The notes under the pieces are model-generated. The model saw only the letters and a program-made list of their open reading frames with translations. It had not been told where the DNA came from and made no database searches. A DNA stretch of 62,936 nt, the filler included, from Octopus bimaculoides (lineage: Eukaryota), in NCBI RefSeq assembly GCF_001194135.2. It is 9 parts of 8 records of this genome, joined end to end, with 100 filler letters (N's around TTAATTAATTAA, not from the genome) between each part and the next. Parts side by side here need not be neighbours in the genome. Positions count along the whole stretch, not along the records: positions 18,556 to 33,283 come from NC_068981.1; positions 33,384 to 54,022 come from NW_026321095.1; 7 more parts are not named here. One strand, given 5' to 3'. The translations under genes and the position numbers were made by a program. Below, in pieces: positions 25,321 to 39,509 of the stretch. Position 1 is the first letter of the stretch. Each line of letters begins with the position of its first letter.

Positions 25321-25638
25321 CTTGTTTCAGTCATTTGACTGCGACCATGCTGGAGCGCCGCCTTTAGTCGAGAAAATCGACCTCAGGACTTATTCTTTGT
25401 AAGCCTAGTATTTATTCTATCGGTCTCTTTTTGCTGAACCGTTAAGTTACGGGGACGTAAACACACCAGCATTGGTTGTCAAGCGATGGTGGGAGGACAA
25501 ACACAGACACACAAACACACATACATATATATACATATATATATACGACGGGATTCTTTCAGTTTCCGTCTACGAAATCCACTCACAAGGCTTTGGTCGG
25601 CCCGAGGCTATAGTAGAAGACACTTGCCCAAGGTGCCT
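25321..25638 (-). mobile_element. SINE family A body
   Basis: Colinear with 52-340. Confidence 0.9.
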
Positions 25639-25689
25639 ATAGAGAATTAAAAAAAAATATTTTGTGTATAGTACAAGTAGTTTATCGCA

Positions 25690-25764
25690 CGTAAATTTTG
25701 ATAACAAAATTTAATATAGACCCCTCCACTCAAGAGTCACTTAGACCCCGGTTGAGAACCAGTG
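25690..25764. mobile_element. hAT (Charlie-like) MITE end
   Basis: Reverse complement CACTGGTTCTCAACCGGGGTC; homologous to 45530-45598. Confidence 0.5.
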
Positions 25765-26159
25765 ACGTAGAGGCTTTCCTAGGGCTGTTATTGTTTAGCT
25801 CCAGGTTCATCCTGATCGTTTGATGCAAGTAAGAAGCTCTCGGTAAGCTGAGGTGAGAAAGCTGTTTAAATCACAGTTCGAAACCATTTTCGCTTCTCTT
25901 TCGTTAGCTATGCCCATATGGAAGATGTGCACTTGAGACATGCTAATTTTCAACTCCATAAAATAACAGTGTGCTTTAACCCATAGTATTAATGTGGAAT
26001 TTAGTTATTTTCTATCGATTAAAATGGCTTAGCCTGCTTTACTGAAAATTTAGGATCTTGTTACATTTTTCCAGCCACTTAAGTTTTTTTTCAAATTTTC
26101 ATTAGGTTCTAATAAGACGACAATTTATTTGTTGACAAATTTTTCCGCTTTGTAATTTA

Positions 26160-26400
26160 CAGGGCCGGATTAAGGCCCATAGAGGCCCTAAGCACTTAAA
26201 AGGTTTTGGTGCCCTCAAGTATACGTAAATGGTTCAAAATGTAAACAAAAATTACTCAATAATAAACCATAAAATAATCTTTTATTTTTCAATATATAAC
26301 AAAATTAACAGATGGAAAATAATGTTTATTTTTGTATGCTCCCACTTTATATTTGAAAAGTCCCCCCCACCTTTTTAATTGCAAAGTCTTCGATGATATT
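26160..26400. mobile_element. hAT-like element end
   Basis: Begins CAGGGCCGGATTAAGGCCCATAGAGGCCCTAAGCAC, a hAT-type terminal motif; other end not found. Confidence 0.45.
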
Positions 26401-27128
26401 GTTAAAATGAATTTTACGTAAAACTTCTGCTTGGAAGAGATAAGGCATTATGAATATTATTTTACCAAGTTTAAATTGATTTCTTTCTCGCCGTAGACCA
26501 TTTTCATCTCTCTGGTGCCAATGTTTCTGCTGTTCTAACGGTGTTGAAAATAGATTATTATCTTATTTGTATTTATACACACTTCGGCGCTCATATACAT
26601 ATAAACAAATGTTAATTCGTTTATATTTTTATACAACTGGTTTCATTAGGTTATTTTTAAAAAATGTAATTCTGATATAGTTTTGTATAGTAATGGCGAC
26701 AATCGCAACTGTTTTTTTTTCTTCTACAAATTAATAATAAAAAAGTTACAAACAACTTTGTAATTTTATGTTATGTAATTTTAGCTATCGATGTCCATTG
26801 CCAAATTATCGTCGGAACTGTCTGTCATGGAAATCAGCAAAAACAAAGACGAAACCTTTACATGGTCTCTTGGCTAGCTAGAAACAACAGTAAAATCTTT
26901 CTTAAACTGCACCATAACGTTTAAAATACAAAATGGACGACACGTTTTATGATGTAGTTGGGGGTATTGGTTTATTCATTCATAATTAGAGCATCAATGC
27001 ATCGTAATACAGTCCTAAATCCACGGCGACACTAAATATGTTATTATATGTAACCATAATATAATGCTGAGCGTAAATGAGCCGAGTCCCATGGACAGCC
27101 TTCGACTTTTTTATCCAATGGTTTTTTT

Positions 27129-27355
27129 TTACTCTTTAGTATTTAAACCAGCCATATACGGCTTAAATATTCTGCCTGTTTTATGTTCAAACCGACCAAA
27201 TCCAGCCTCTCACACTTGCCCTACAATATTATCCTAAAAATAAACAATCACATCATTTAAATCTCAAAGCTACAAGATAAAGCATGGTTAATTCAAAACA
27301 TTGTGAATAAATAAGCATTACATTTGACTAAGTAATCTGAATGCTAAAGGGTTAA
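27129..27355. mobile_element. piggyBac-like non-autonomous element
   Basis: Right end atgctaaagggTTAA; left end ttactctttagtattt is a decayed TTAACCCTTTAGCATT. Confidence 0.6.
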
Positions 27356-28344
27356 ACCTAATATTTCACATTATTGTTTATAGCTTTATCGGCTTCGAGA
27401 TCCACCGATCTAAAACAGAAATCATTTCATGTTTTCTCAAAGTTTATAAATTCTTATGACGTCAACAATATATATTACTTTGTTAGAAATGTTCCATTTT
27501 CGTCGGCAAGCACGAGAGTTGACTCCAGATGTTTCATTCTTGTTTATGGTTGTCAGCAGAAGTGCAATTTCATCGTACAAAAGCTGCCATATGTTAACGA
27601 TTTGTAAGCGATCACATGCAGATGGTATTTTAGTTTTACTGTTATCATGAGTTATTTTAGCCAACAAGAAATTTTAGCGAACAAATCTGTAGTCTGCGAG
27701 CCATTTTTGGTAAGTTTAACAAAACACTTGATCGTTTTAGCTTCACGTATATTTTAGTCAAATCATACATCGTACCCAATCAAGAGTTTTAGTCAATCAG
27801 AAACCCCTAGTCTATTGAGCTGTTTTTAATTATATTAAGCAAGAGAAATTGTGTTTAGATTCACTGGCCCCCTTCTTGGCTCATAAGTCTCTCTTTCTCT
27901 TTATGATTAAACGATCTTATTCTCTCTTTCTTACTCCATTCCTCTTCTCTCCCTCTCTATCGCGTTTTGCCAGTGGCTGCCATCTTATTGGCAAAATAAT
28001 TTCCAGCAGTTTAAATGTGATACAACCAGTGGTGTACATTTTCCATAACATGTTTCTACAACATGAATTGTCTAACTTACTTATCGATGTATATTTTCGC
28101 AGACAAATTTTGCTTCGATTGTTATTAATTAAGACGTAAAATTTATTATCTGAATTTTGTCCTATTTTGACCTATGTCCTCAAACCTCGTGCTGTGTGAT
28201 TATTATTGCATTATTTTGCCTGCAATAAACATCGAGATCTATTTTTGTTGACATTTAAGATTATATACAATCATTTTTTGTTGTTATATTTATGAACAAT
28301 ATTTTAATTTTAATTTTCTAAAGATTCAGTAATCAAGAAAATAA

Positions 28345-28516
28345 TGGTTTCTAATATGGGCACAAGGTCAGAATTTTTGAGGCGAAATTTTTAGTGGATA
28401 CCATCGACCCCAGCACTAGATTAGTACTTTATATTATCGACAAAATAGAGGATGACAGGCAAAATTGACCTCGGTGGGAATAAATACTACAAAGTATTTC
28501 TGCCAGCTCGCCGCCT
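28345..28516 (-). mobile_element. SINE family B, degraded
   Basis: Same family consensus. Confidence 0.75.
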
Positions 28517-29126
28517 AAATAACCATGAAATTATTCCTTCTACGATAAGCACAGTACCTGAGTATTTTTTTTTTTTTTTTTTTTNNNNNNNNNNNNNNNN
28601 NNNNNNNNNNNNNNNNNNNNNNNNNNNNNNNNNNNNNNNNNNNNNNNNNNNNNNNNNNNNNNNNNNNNNNNNNNNNNNNNNNNNNNNNNNNNNNNNNNNN
28701 NNNNNNNNNNNNNNNNNNNNNNNNNNNNNNNNNNNNNNNNNNNNNNNNNNNNNNNNNNNNNNNNNNNNNNNNNNNNNNNNNNNNNNNNNNNNNNNNNNNN
28801 NNNNNNNNNNNNNNNNNNNNNNNNNNNNNNNNNNNNNNNNNNNNNNNNNNNNNNNNNNNNNNNNNNNNNNNNNNNNNNNNNNNNNNNNNNNNNNNNNNNN
28901 NNNNNNNNNNNNNNNNNNNNNNNNNNNNNNNNNNNNNNNNNNNNNNNNNNNNNNNNNNNNNNNNNNNNNNNNNNNNNNNNNNNNNNNNNNNNNNNNNNNN
29001 NNNNNNNNNNNNNNNNNNNNNNNNNNNNNNNNNNNNNNNNNNNNNNNNNNNNNNNNNNNNNNNNNNNNNNNNNNNNNNNNNNNNNAACTTTTATTTATAT
29101 GCGTTTTGCTCCATTTATTGTTATTA

Positions 29127-29171
<45 letters not shown>

Positions 29172-29172
<1 letters not shown>

Positions 29173-29322
29173 GCGGGCTTTTCTCAGTTTTCGTCTACCA
29201 AATTCACTCGCAAGGCTTTGGTCGGCTCGAGGCCATAGTAGAAGCCACTTGCTTATGGTTCCACGCAGTGACGCTGAACCATGTGGTTGGGAAGAAAGCT
29301 TCTTACCACGTAGCCACGCCTG
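29172..29322 (-). mobile_element. SINE family A head
   Basis: Matches the head, with an internal deletion. Confidence 0.85.
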
Positions 29323-29762
29323 TTGAAATTTTCAGACAAAAGGTAGGTCGACTTATACGTTAAGACAACTTTGGAGGGCCAAGAATTCCAAGTGAAATGC
29401 AACAGGATTTGAAAATATAATGAGTATATTCAAACGTTTACACTTTTACATTGAACCGTTTACACTTTTACACTCAAACATTTACATGTTTACAGGAAAT
29501 ACTACGTCGACTTGTATGCCGGAAAATACAGTATACAGGATTAAATGTTTCTCAGATTATCGACAGTAATACAAGTCATTCCTCAAATTTATGTTCATTT
29601 ATGTTTCTTTGATGAAATTTAACTGATGCCTTCCAGTCTTCAAATTTCACTTTTAAAGACTGATATTAATAATATAAATAGATTCTAGAAAAACTAAATG
29701 TGTGCCCGTAGAAATCAGTAGTTAGTAGTTTAACAACGAAAAAGGTTAAGTAGTAAACTTAC

Positions 29763-29889
29763 CGAATTCTCAAACAAAACTGGACCGTTTGAAACTATGG
29801 CACCAAATTCAATGATCCAAACACTTCCACTTAAGATGTATGTTAAGAAAAGGTGTTTATGGATGGTCACTCGAGCACAGTTCAATTGA
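29763..29889 (-). CDS. Class B1 GPCR (calcitonin/DH31 receptor-like) exon: ICL1-TM2-ECL1
   Basis: Acceptor tttccttttctag, donor GTAAGT, 127 nt, phase 2 to 0. Translates xQLNCARVTIHKHLFLTYILSGSVWIIEFGAIVSNGPVLFENS, resembling calcitonin receptor SLGCQRVTLHKNMFLTYIL...VPNGELV. Confidence 0.92.
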
Positions 29890-30977
29890 CTAGAAAAGGA
29901 AATATATATANNNNNNNNNNNNNNNNNNNNNNNNNNNNNNNNNNNNNNNNNNNNNNNNNNNNNNNNNNNNNNNNNNNNNNNNNNNNNNNNNNNNNNNNNN
30001 NNNNNNNNNNNNNNNNNNNNNNNNNNNNNNNNNNNNNNNNNNNNNNNNNNNNNNNNNNNNNNNNNNNNNNNNNATATATACATATACATATACATATATA
30101 TATGTATATATATATTTATAAATACATGCATACATACATATATATCAACAGTTTCATACAAACACATAAATAAATAATAATATAATAGAGCGCTCTGAGA
30201 AGTAAAACAATACTACTACTACTACTAATGATAATAATCTTTTCTTTGTTGGCTGAACACAAAAAAGGGAAAATACAAAACACAGGCCGAATAGAGCTTT
30301 GCACAAAACGCGTGTATAAAAGCAATAACAATTAGCATCAGAGTTTAAACAATTCCTCAAAAAGGGGGATTTTCACTCAGGGCCATCAAAGGAACCTCAC
30401 ACATCCTGGTCACCCCGACTGCCAAGGGCATCTCAGGCAGGCACCTCTCTACTCCTCACCCCCTTTGTCCTACAAGCGTATGTTCAGATAAGCCTATTAA
30501 CACAAACCATCCTTGCCACATTGACCCACCTTTAAACAAAAGTACTGGGGGTGGGGGAAGCACTTCCGTTTCCACCCTCACTTCTCTTTCCAAGTGCAAC
30601 ATGAAAAAATCGATGAAGGCTTGGCTGAAAAGGAAAGTATCTTCATTCCTTTCAACCTCGTCCACATGGACTTGACAGAGCAAAAAAAGTGGTACGAACA
30701 TAAACTCTGGTTCTCTATAACCACCAGACAGAGAAAAACTGGCTGCTTTTCCGGCCAAAAAAAGGTGACGGAGCGATCTTCACGATGGACTCAGCTGATA
30801 ACCAGATCAGTCAAACACGCGTCAACAGCCGTTCGACAAAGATCTACAAGACAGCAATGCTAGGACACTGGACGTGGGCATGCAGAACGGTTTCATCGCC
30901 TTGTGCATACCTTGGACAGGTGTGTCTGACAGCACTTCCGTAATTGTAGAGCTTGTCTCGAACCGGCAAAGCCCCAC

Positions 30978-31061
<84 letters not shown>

Positions 31062-31595
31062 NNNNNNNNNNNNNNNNNNNNNNNNNNNNNNNNNNNNNNN
31101 NNNNNNNNNNNNNNNNNNNNNNNNNNNNNNNNNNNNNNNNNNNNNNNNNNNNNNNNNNNNNNNNNNNNNNNNNNNNNNNNNNNNNNNNNNNNNNNNNNNN
31201 NNNNNNNNNNNNNNNNNNNNNNNNNNNNNNNNNNNNNNNNNNNNNNNNNNNNNNNNNNNNNNNNNNNNNNNNNNNNNNNNNNNNNNNNNNNNNNNNNNNN
31301 NNNNNNNNNNNNNNNNNNNNNNNNNNNNNNNNNNNNNNNNNNNNNNNNNNNNNNNNNNNNNNNNNNNNNNNNNNNNNNNNNNNNNNNNNNNNNNNNNNNN
31401 NNNNNNNNNNNNNNNNNNNNNNNNNNNNNNNNNNNNNNATTATATATTATATATTCCATATTCTATATCCCACATTAATTTTACAAGAATATAAATAAAA
31501 CATAAAAAACAGACAGAGTTGGAACTCTTTTAAATAAAATAATATATTCCTCTATACACGATCATACAAGACCCCTTTTTTTGCATTTATTTTTA

Positions 31596-31685
<90 letters not shown>

Positions 31686-32663
31686 TAGATAGATAGATAC
31701 GCATACATATACACCCTCGTATCACGCACCTACACCCGCACATATACAAACATGCATAGCCTTATAAATGAAAGGGACGTATGCACTGGTCACAGTCTTA
31801 CGCTTATATACATACATACATATACATATACCCCCACATGTACACATTCACAAAATTAAAACGGAAAAGTGAAAAATATAAATAAAAAATAAAAAAATAA
31901 AACATTAAAAGATTAAAAGAAGTTAAGACATATGGGAAGCTTGTGCAGGAACATAGCAAAAATGTGGATTCTAGCCGTGATCTTGGGGGACCCAAAACCA
32001 TAACAGGTATTTTGTAACATGTGGACATGATCGAAAAAGTTAATTTTTTGAATTTAGACATATAGCGGGGTCCAAGGAACTTTTTCAAATGAGCTTTCTT
32101 TCCATATTACAAAGACCACACTTGCCACTACCAACATCAATATAAATGTGATATTCAAATAACATACCCTTTGTGGTATAACTTTACATTCGAAATTTTA
32201 ACTTTAAAATGAAAACACACATTGAGACTTGTAAAATTACGACAATTATGATATGAATAATGCCCCCCCCCATGCAATGAGAAAGTATCTTCGAGCGAAT
32301 TCTATTAGTCCTGAATAAATCTAATCTAACATACATACATAAATATAATGTAACAATAAATCTAATGTAATACACACATATACACACACACGCACACGCA
32401 CACACGTGCGCGCACACACACACACAGACACAGATACACACACATAATTTCATTACGTAAAATTTTGTGTTTCCAATCGAGAACAGAAACTATTCAGATA
32501 AAAAAGAAAAAGAAGATATAGTTGAATGGGAAATTTCCCAAATTTCAACAACTAGTTTCCAATTTCCGATCCCCAGGCAAGGCACTTAGCTGAAAATCGG
32601 AGAAATAGTGTACACGCACACACACACACACACACTATTTCTCCGATTATATATATTTTACAA

Positions 32664-32726
<63 letters not shown>

Positions 32727-32904
32727 TAAGAAGATGTACATGCATAGCAAGTAACTTGATCTGAGATCGTGTGCTGAAACAAAAACAATTGCAGCGTGGA
32801 AGAGGTCTATAAGCCAGTTAAGATTGTGTATATTTGTACATATGTGTAGGTAGGTTTATATTTGCATGTACGTATCTAAGAAATTGTATCTATTGACCGT
32901 TAGA

Positions 32905-33283
32905 CAGTTGTGAAAGGAACCACTCAGCAGAAAAAGACTGCATCCATTACCTACATTGACATTGAAGAGGAAGATGTAATAGCTGCCATAAATGAAATCA
33001 GCTCAAATTCGTCAACTGGCCCCGATGGTTTCCCGGCTGTCCTCTTAAAGTCGTGTAAACAAGAATTAGCAGGACCACTCCGGATACTCTTCCAGAGTTT
33101 CCTTGCAAATGGTAAACTTCCCAAAAAGCTGAAGGAAGGCACCATATGTCCTATCCATAAAGGCGGAAGCAGAGCAGAGGCTGGGAACTACAGGCCCATC
33201 TCTCTGACTTCACATATTAGCAAAGTCATGGAACGAATTGTCAGAAAGAGATTGATTGCGTTCCTAGAAGAAAATGACTTGCT
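32905..33283 (+). mobile_element. CR1/Jockey-group LINE RT N-terminal fragment, cut by a gap
   Basis: STGPDGFPAVLLK...PIHKGGSR...NYRPISLTSHISKVMERIVR; open frame. Confidence 0.9.
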
Positions 33284-33489
33284 NNNNNNNNNNNNNNNNN
33301 NNNNNNNNNNNNNNNNNNNNNNNNNNNTTAATTAATTAANNNNNNNNNNNNNNNNNNNNNNNNNNNNNNNNNNNNNNNNNNNNCTGAACAATAATAATAA
33401 TAATAATAATCCTTTCTACTATAGGCACAAGGCACAAGATCAAGCATTATGGATTAATTGAATAACAGCCAAGATGAACAAAAACCACG

Positions 33490-34103
33490 TAGATTTCCAA
33501 TGTAGGTAATGCATATCAAAAGAGGAAAGCGTTACTCCTATAGTAAGTGAATGTCGTATGCTGACACAGAAAGAATTCAAGAAACGACATGACAATCTAG
33601 GGAGAGTAAACCAGTGAGAGTTATGTAGAGAACTAGGATTTGAAAATACTAATAAATGGTATGAACATGAACCTAGTAAAGTACTAGAAATTAAGAAATA
33701 CAAGAATTTGTGGCACTTTAACATTTAGATTGTCAGAGTAATAGAAGCTAGATAATAGAAAGTGCCAGTTAATTGACTTTACAGTCCCAAATGATGAAAA
33801 AAATCAATATGAGAGGTGCAGAAAAAATTGCAAATTACCAGGACCTAGCTATTGAATTACAGAAACTATGGAAAGTGCAGGTAAAATGTATCCCAGTAGT
33901 TATAGGTGCAGCTATTCCTAAAGATTTGAACAGATGGATAGGGGAAATAGGCATAAAACCCAGTTTAGTACAGTTCCAGAAAACAGTGTTATTAGGGATA
34001 GCTAGGATACTTAGGAGGGTTCTTGGCATCTAAGGCTACTTATTGTAGCCCGATGATAGGATTTTTTCTTACCCAACGGTCTAATCTGTTGAGTGCATAT
34101 GAA

Positions 34104-34135
<32 letters not shown>
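33490..34135 (+). mobile_element. R4/Dong-clade LINE 3' end with (AAT)n tail
   Basis: CR*C...IVSEC..LTQKEFKKRHD, KWYEHEP, IDFTVP, YQDLAIELQKLWK..IPVVIGA, KTVLLGIARILRRVLGI*, then (AAT)n. Confidence 0.85.
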
Positions 34136-34136
<1 letters not shown>

Positions 34137-34244
34137 TGGACATCAGGAATTAGTAGGACTACCAGGAAAGCTGCCGCTATAAAAAGGTTCAAGATTTCCA
34201 GTCGCCTCAACCTTAATATTACGAAACCAGTCAACTGATGCCAA

Positions 34245-34628
34245 AGATGCGCATGCGTTTTCTCCTACCATCGCTCGACAACCGGTGTTGGTATGTTTAC
34301 GTCCCTGTAACTTAGCAGTTCGGCAAAAGACATCGGTAGAATAATTACCAGGCTTACAAAAATAAATAAATATTNNNNNNNNNNNNNNNNNNNNNNNNNN
34401 NNNNNNNNNNNNNNNNNNNNNNNNNNNNNNNNNNNNNNNNNNNNNNNNNNNNNNNNNNNNNNNNNNNNNNNNNNNNNNNNNNNNNNNNNNNNNNNNNNNN
34501 NNNNNNNNNNNNNNNNNNNNNNNNNGGTGGTGGTGGTGGTGGTGGCGGCGGGTCGATCCATTCGACTAAAATTTCTTCAAGGAATTGCCCCAGCATGGCC
34601 GCAGTCTAATGACTGAAACAAGTACAAA
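34245..34628 (+). mobile_element. SINE family A 3' body, split by a gap
   Basis: ccatcgctcgacaaccgg...cagcatggccgcagtctaatgactgaaacaag is the reverse complement of the family A body. Confidence 0.8.
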
Positions 34629-34967
34629 GATAAAAGAAAGAAACTCCATCTATAGAGTCGCTTTAAGCTAACTAGAAGCCTACAACCGCCGCACTCATTA
34701 CTCACGGTCTGATGTCGTCTGCTAGCGGCAAAGCGTCTTAGTTACTTTCAACTATTTCTTTCGGAAATTGAAGACTACACTTTACCTACATATTCTTAGT
34801 GCTTTTATAATTAATGCTTTAATGTTTCACTGCTGTTATGTGGGCTTTGATTAAAATTCAAACGTACGCTCATACACGCACGCATACGCATATTCTTACA
34901 TACATAAATACGTACGTACATATATGCATACATGCGTGCATGCACACGCATAAATATACATGTATAT

Positions 34968-35004
<37 letters not shown>

Positions 35005-35007
<3 letters not shown>

Positions 35008-35360
35008 TTAAATGTATAATATATATATCTGCCTTTATTTAAATGTATACACATACATATATGCATACACACACACATATATATATATATATACACACAC
35101 ACATATACTTATATGTATAATATATATATATCTGCATTTATTTAAATGTATACACACACACACATATATGTACACACGTCTATACACACACATATACATA
35201 AATGTGTAACATATATATATCTGCATTTATTTAAATGTAAATACACACACATATATGTACACACATCTATATACACACACACATATGTACACACATCTAT
35301 ACACACACACACATCTATACACACACACACACACATATACATAAATGTATAATATATATA
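35005..35360. repeat. Compound minisatellite, unit of about 90-100 bp
   Basis: atatatatctgcMtttatttaaatgta recurs near 35022, 35124 and 35214. Confidence 0.75.
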
Positions 35361-36522
35361 TATCTAAGAAACACACAAAACCGTTAGATTCACTTCAACA
35401 TACACATACATAAATGTACATATATGTAAATATATATACGTACATATATACATAAATACCTACATGAAAGTTATTTCGATTTAATTATTAATTATAATTC
35501 TTTGTTTACTCCAGTATTTAAATTAACCTCCCACCTCTGGCAGTTGGCATACACCGTTATTTATTTATTCTTAAGCGCAACTTGAGAGGGAGAGCTGTGA
35601 CACTCTTTTTGCATACTTAAACGTAGTTTCGTGATTAGCCTAGCGGCTACTAAAAGGCCCCTCAAACATACCTATGCGAAATTTGGTGCACATCAGAACT
35701 ACATGGAGAGAATGGTCATCAGGTATGAAGAACAACACAACAGGTTATCTCGCTTGTTGCCTCTCCTAGATTATTGTCGTGGTTACCGGTAGTGAAGCAT
35801 TCTATGTGCACACTGGATGACTGATTTTGTTGCTACTTCTGTTACAACGAAGACGACGACGATGACTATTACTACTACTACTACTACTACTACTACTATT
35901 ACTACTGCTACTGCTGCTGCTGCTGCTGCTGACTTTTTTCAAACACAGTATGCCATGTCACAGTTACCTAAAGAGTGCAACCACCTCTTCAAAGCAACAC
36001 ATTATTTCTACTGGTAGAGAGATTTGGTAATGTCACCGTTATTGCACTACGTCAGCAATCTTTTGTAATATATATTCAGCCAAAGATTTATTTCCAGCTC
36101 GATGTATAAGGTATTGTTGTTGTTGTTCTTGCTGTTTAGTCCAAGATCAAAAAGCCTTCCAATCTCGACCATCTCGTTATTTGCCTAAATGAAACGAAAA
36201 CCAAGACGACATTCGCTAACATTACTTTTTCTAAGACGGTAGGGTGAAATTTACTAGAGATTTGCCTGTTATTTCTTGCAGGGCAAATGACAACATAGAA
36301 ACTCTCTTAAAAGCGCTTGAAGCATTGAGCGAAAACTTAAAAGCACGTTATCTTATTTATTAGCACCATGAAACTTTCAGTTTATGGCGATGCACCAGTT
36401 GAACACACATGCACATATGAAAAGTCTGCACTTCATCTTTTTCTTTTACTTTTTTTTTCAGCTTGCACTCATGTATCGAGGATAAGATAGACCAAAGAAA
36501 AAGTGGGTAAATGTAGAAGCAA

Positions 36523-36562
<40 letters not shown>

Positions 36563-36723
36563 NNNNNNNNNNNNNNNNNNNNNNNNNNNNNNNNNNNNNN
36601 NNNNNNNNNNNNNNNNNNNNNNNNNNNNNNNNNNNNNNNNNNNNNNNNNNNNNNNNNNNNNNNNNNNNNNNNNNNNNNNNNNNNNNNNNNNNNNNNNNNN
36701 NNNNNNNNNNNNNNNNNNNNNNN

Positions 36724-36791
<68 letters not shown>

Positions 36792-36960
36792 CATACACAC
36801 ACATATATATGTGTATATATGTACATATATATGTATATATATATGTATATATGTACATACATATATATATACATAAATATATATGCATATATATATATAT
36901 GTATATATGTGTGTGCGAGCGTGCACGCGTGGTGTGTGTATACATGTATGCATACAAGCA

Positions 36961-36994
<34 letters not shown>

Positions 36995-37614
36995 CATATA
37001 TACACGCACATACATACAGATGCAACAATAGTATATGTTGATATTAGAGCTGCAAGCATTTTTTATACAGATGCATGCCCACATATACAAGCACACACAC
37101 ACATACACACACACACATATATATACACACACAGACCACACAGAGCCAGCACACATATACACATATATAAAAAGTTGTGCTTTTGTAACTGTAACATTGT
37201 GTTTGTAATTATGTATTTATGTATTTACACACACACACAAACGCACACACAAACACTCACGCACAGATACACAGACACACATACACGCACGCATACACAC
37301 GCGCAGATCTTTGTGTATATGTAGGGGATATGTGTGATATCTTAAGTATAATGAAGAATAAGTAAAAAATCTGATTATGCTTTTAGCTATTGTTAAGAAT
37401 GTAAAAAAAAAAGACGCCATTAAGATGAAATGAAAGATAAAAACAAAACCCCACAAAAATACAACCAGAACAAACAAATAAATGTTATAATATGAATCTA
37501 ATGATATAAACAGATGAATAGAAAATTGCAAACACACACACAAAAAAAAAACGAAACTGGTTGTTATTGTGGATCATAGCGTTAATGATGGTGGGTGGTG
37601 AGGGTGTATGGAAG

Positions 37615-37654
<40 letters not shown>

Positions 37655-37946
37655 TAAATATGTATGCGTCTATGTATGTAGATTTATGTGTAAATATATA
37701 TGTATGTGTGTGTGTATATATGTGTGTATGTATATATGTGTGTGTCTGTGAGTGTGTACGTGTGCGTATGTGCATCTGTTTCTGTCTCTCTATACGAATA
37801 TCCCCCTCCCACTCACACATATGTATGAATATATAGATGTACAATATATGTGTGTGTGTGTATGTGTGCGTGCGTGCGTGTGTGTATATATATATATATA
37901 CATATATATGTATATGTACATGTATATATGTTTATATATGATGTGT

Positions 37947-38011
<65 letters not shown>

Positions 38012-39509
38012 AGACAAGACCAAAACAAAATATAAACTAAAAAAAAACAACAAAGATTTGGAATAAATTCCCCACTCAACGTTATTAGATACTTTCGAGA
38101 GAAGGGAAGGAGTTGGGTGGTTATAACGTTTCGGTCATTACCCTTCTTCGAGAAGTGGAAATAGAAAAAGAAAGACCAGTAAAAACTGGAAAAGTGATGA
38201 AGAGAAAGCAAAAAAATGGGGGAAAAAATGTGTTCCAGCTTGAGAAATGACGTAGTGTTAGTCGACTTGTTTGGTCGTTGTCTAACTGAAAATATGGAGT
38301 CGGCTATATGGGGTGTTTTTTTTTATTAGAAGAGCGAACGGGGAGATATCCGTGAATCTGTGTGCGTGTTGTTATGTATGTGCTCGTTTAGGTGTCATAT
38401 GTACATGTTCGGGTGTGTGTGTGTGTTTGCTTATGTGTGAGTGCGTGTGTGCATCTATATGTGTGTAAAGACATAGAAATATTCCTTATTGTTATACTTG
38501 TTATATATCTGTGCTGCTTGCTGATAGCGGAATTGATAGCAGTTGGTTCCAGTGTGAGTGGTTATCTATATGCTGTGTGTATGTACATGTGATTGCATGT
38601 GCAAGTATGTTTGTGTAGATTTGAAGAGAAGAAAGAAAGCATTGGTCTCTGAGAAGCTTGGAGTTAACGAAAAATTGTGTTAGGTGAAACTCTGTGTTGA
38701 GTGGTCGGCGGAACAGAAATGGCAAGAGACAGAGGTCTGGTTTTGGGCCAGATGTCACGATGTTCTGTGAATCGGTAGGTCGTTAACGTTGTATAAAGCA
38801 TCTCAGAAGAAACATTTTAAATAGCAGACGACGCCTGTAGAGCTGCAGGTGAAGAAATCAGAAATGTGAGAAAGTGCTAATAAGGACTAATAACACCAAA
38901 ATAGCTTCTACACTGTGTAACAAAATTTTAATTTTTCTTTTGTCTTTGGTCAGTAAGTGCTATTTCCTATTTGCTTATATCTAGAAATCAAAAGAAATGA
39001 CTATCATTTCCTTCAAGCTTTACTTTTCTGACCTAGACATCAATGTTTCGAAACTGGCCTATTTTCAGTTTCATTTCAGATAGAGTCAGAGCTGAGTTGC
39101 TAAAACAGAAATGTCGTTATAGCAAATATTCTGCTCAATATCACAAATTTGCTTGTCAGTTGCTTGACCATAACAACTTCAGCATGTCCCTTAGTGGCTG
39201 ATAATATGTGCATCTCTGATGATGAGCAGGAGTAGTACTGTTCTCATGCTCCAAATTTTTCCTTATTTCAAATTTTAGGGGACTGTATTTTTTTTGTTTT
39301 TGTTTTTCTTCCTCTTTCTTCACGATCCTGGAATCAAACGAGCATGATGGGTCGATTAGTAAGCAACTTCGTTTTTCCTTTTGAAATTGCTATGTTCGGT
39401 CTATTATTTTCTAATTTTATTATTTCTTGTCCGTTTGATAGGGATTATGATTATGATTATGATTATGATTATGATTATGATTATGATTATTATTATTATC
39501 ATTATCATT

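Noticed and set aside
30400-30975. GC-richer stretch with short ORFs
   Set aside because: Possibly a retroelement 5' region, but no motif was convincing enough to call.
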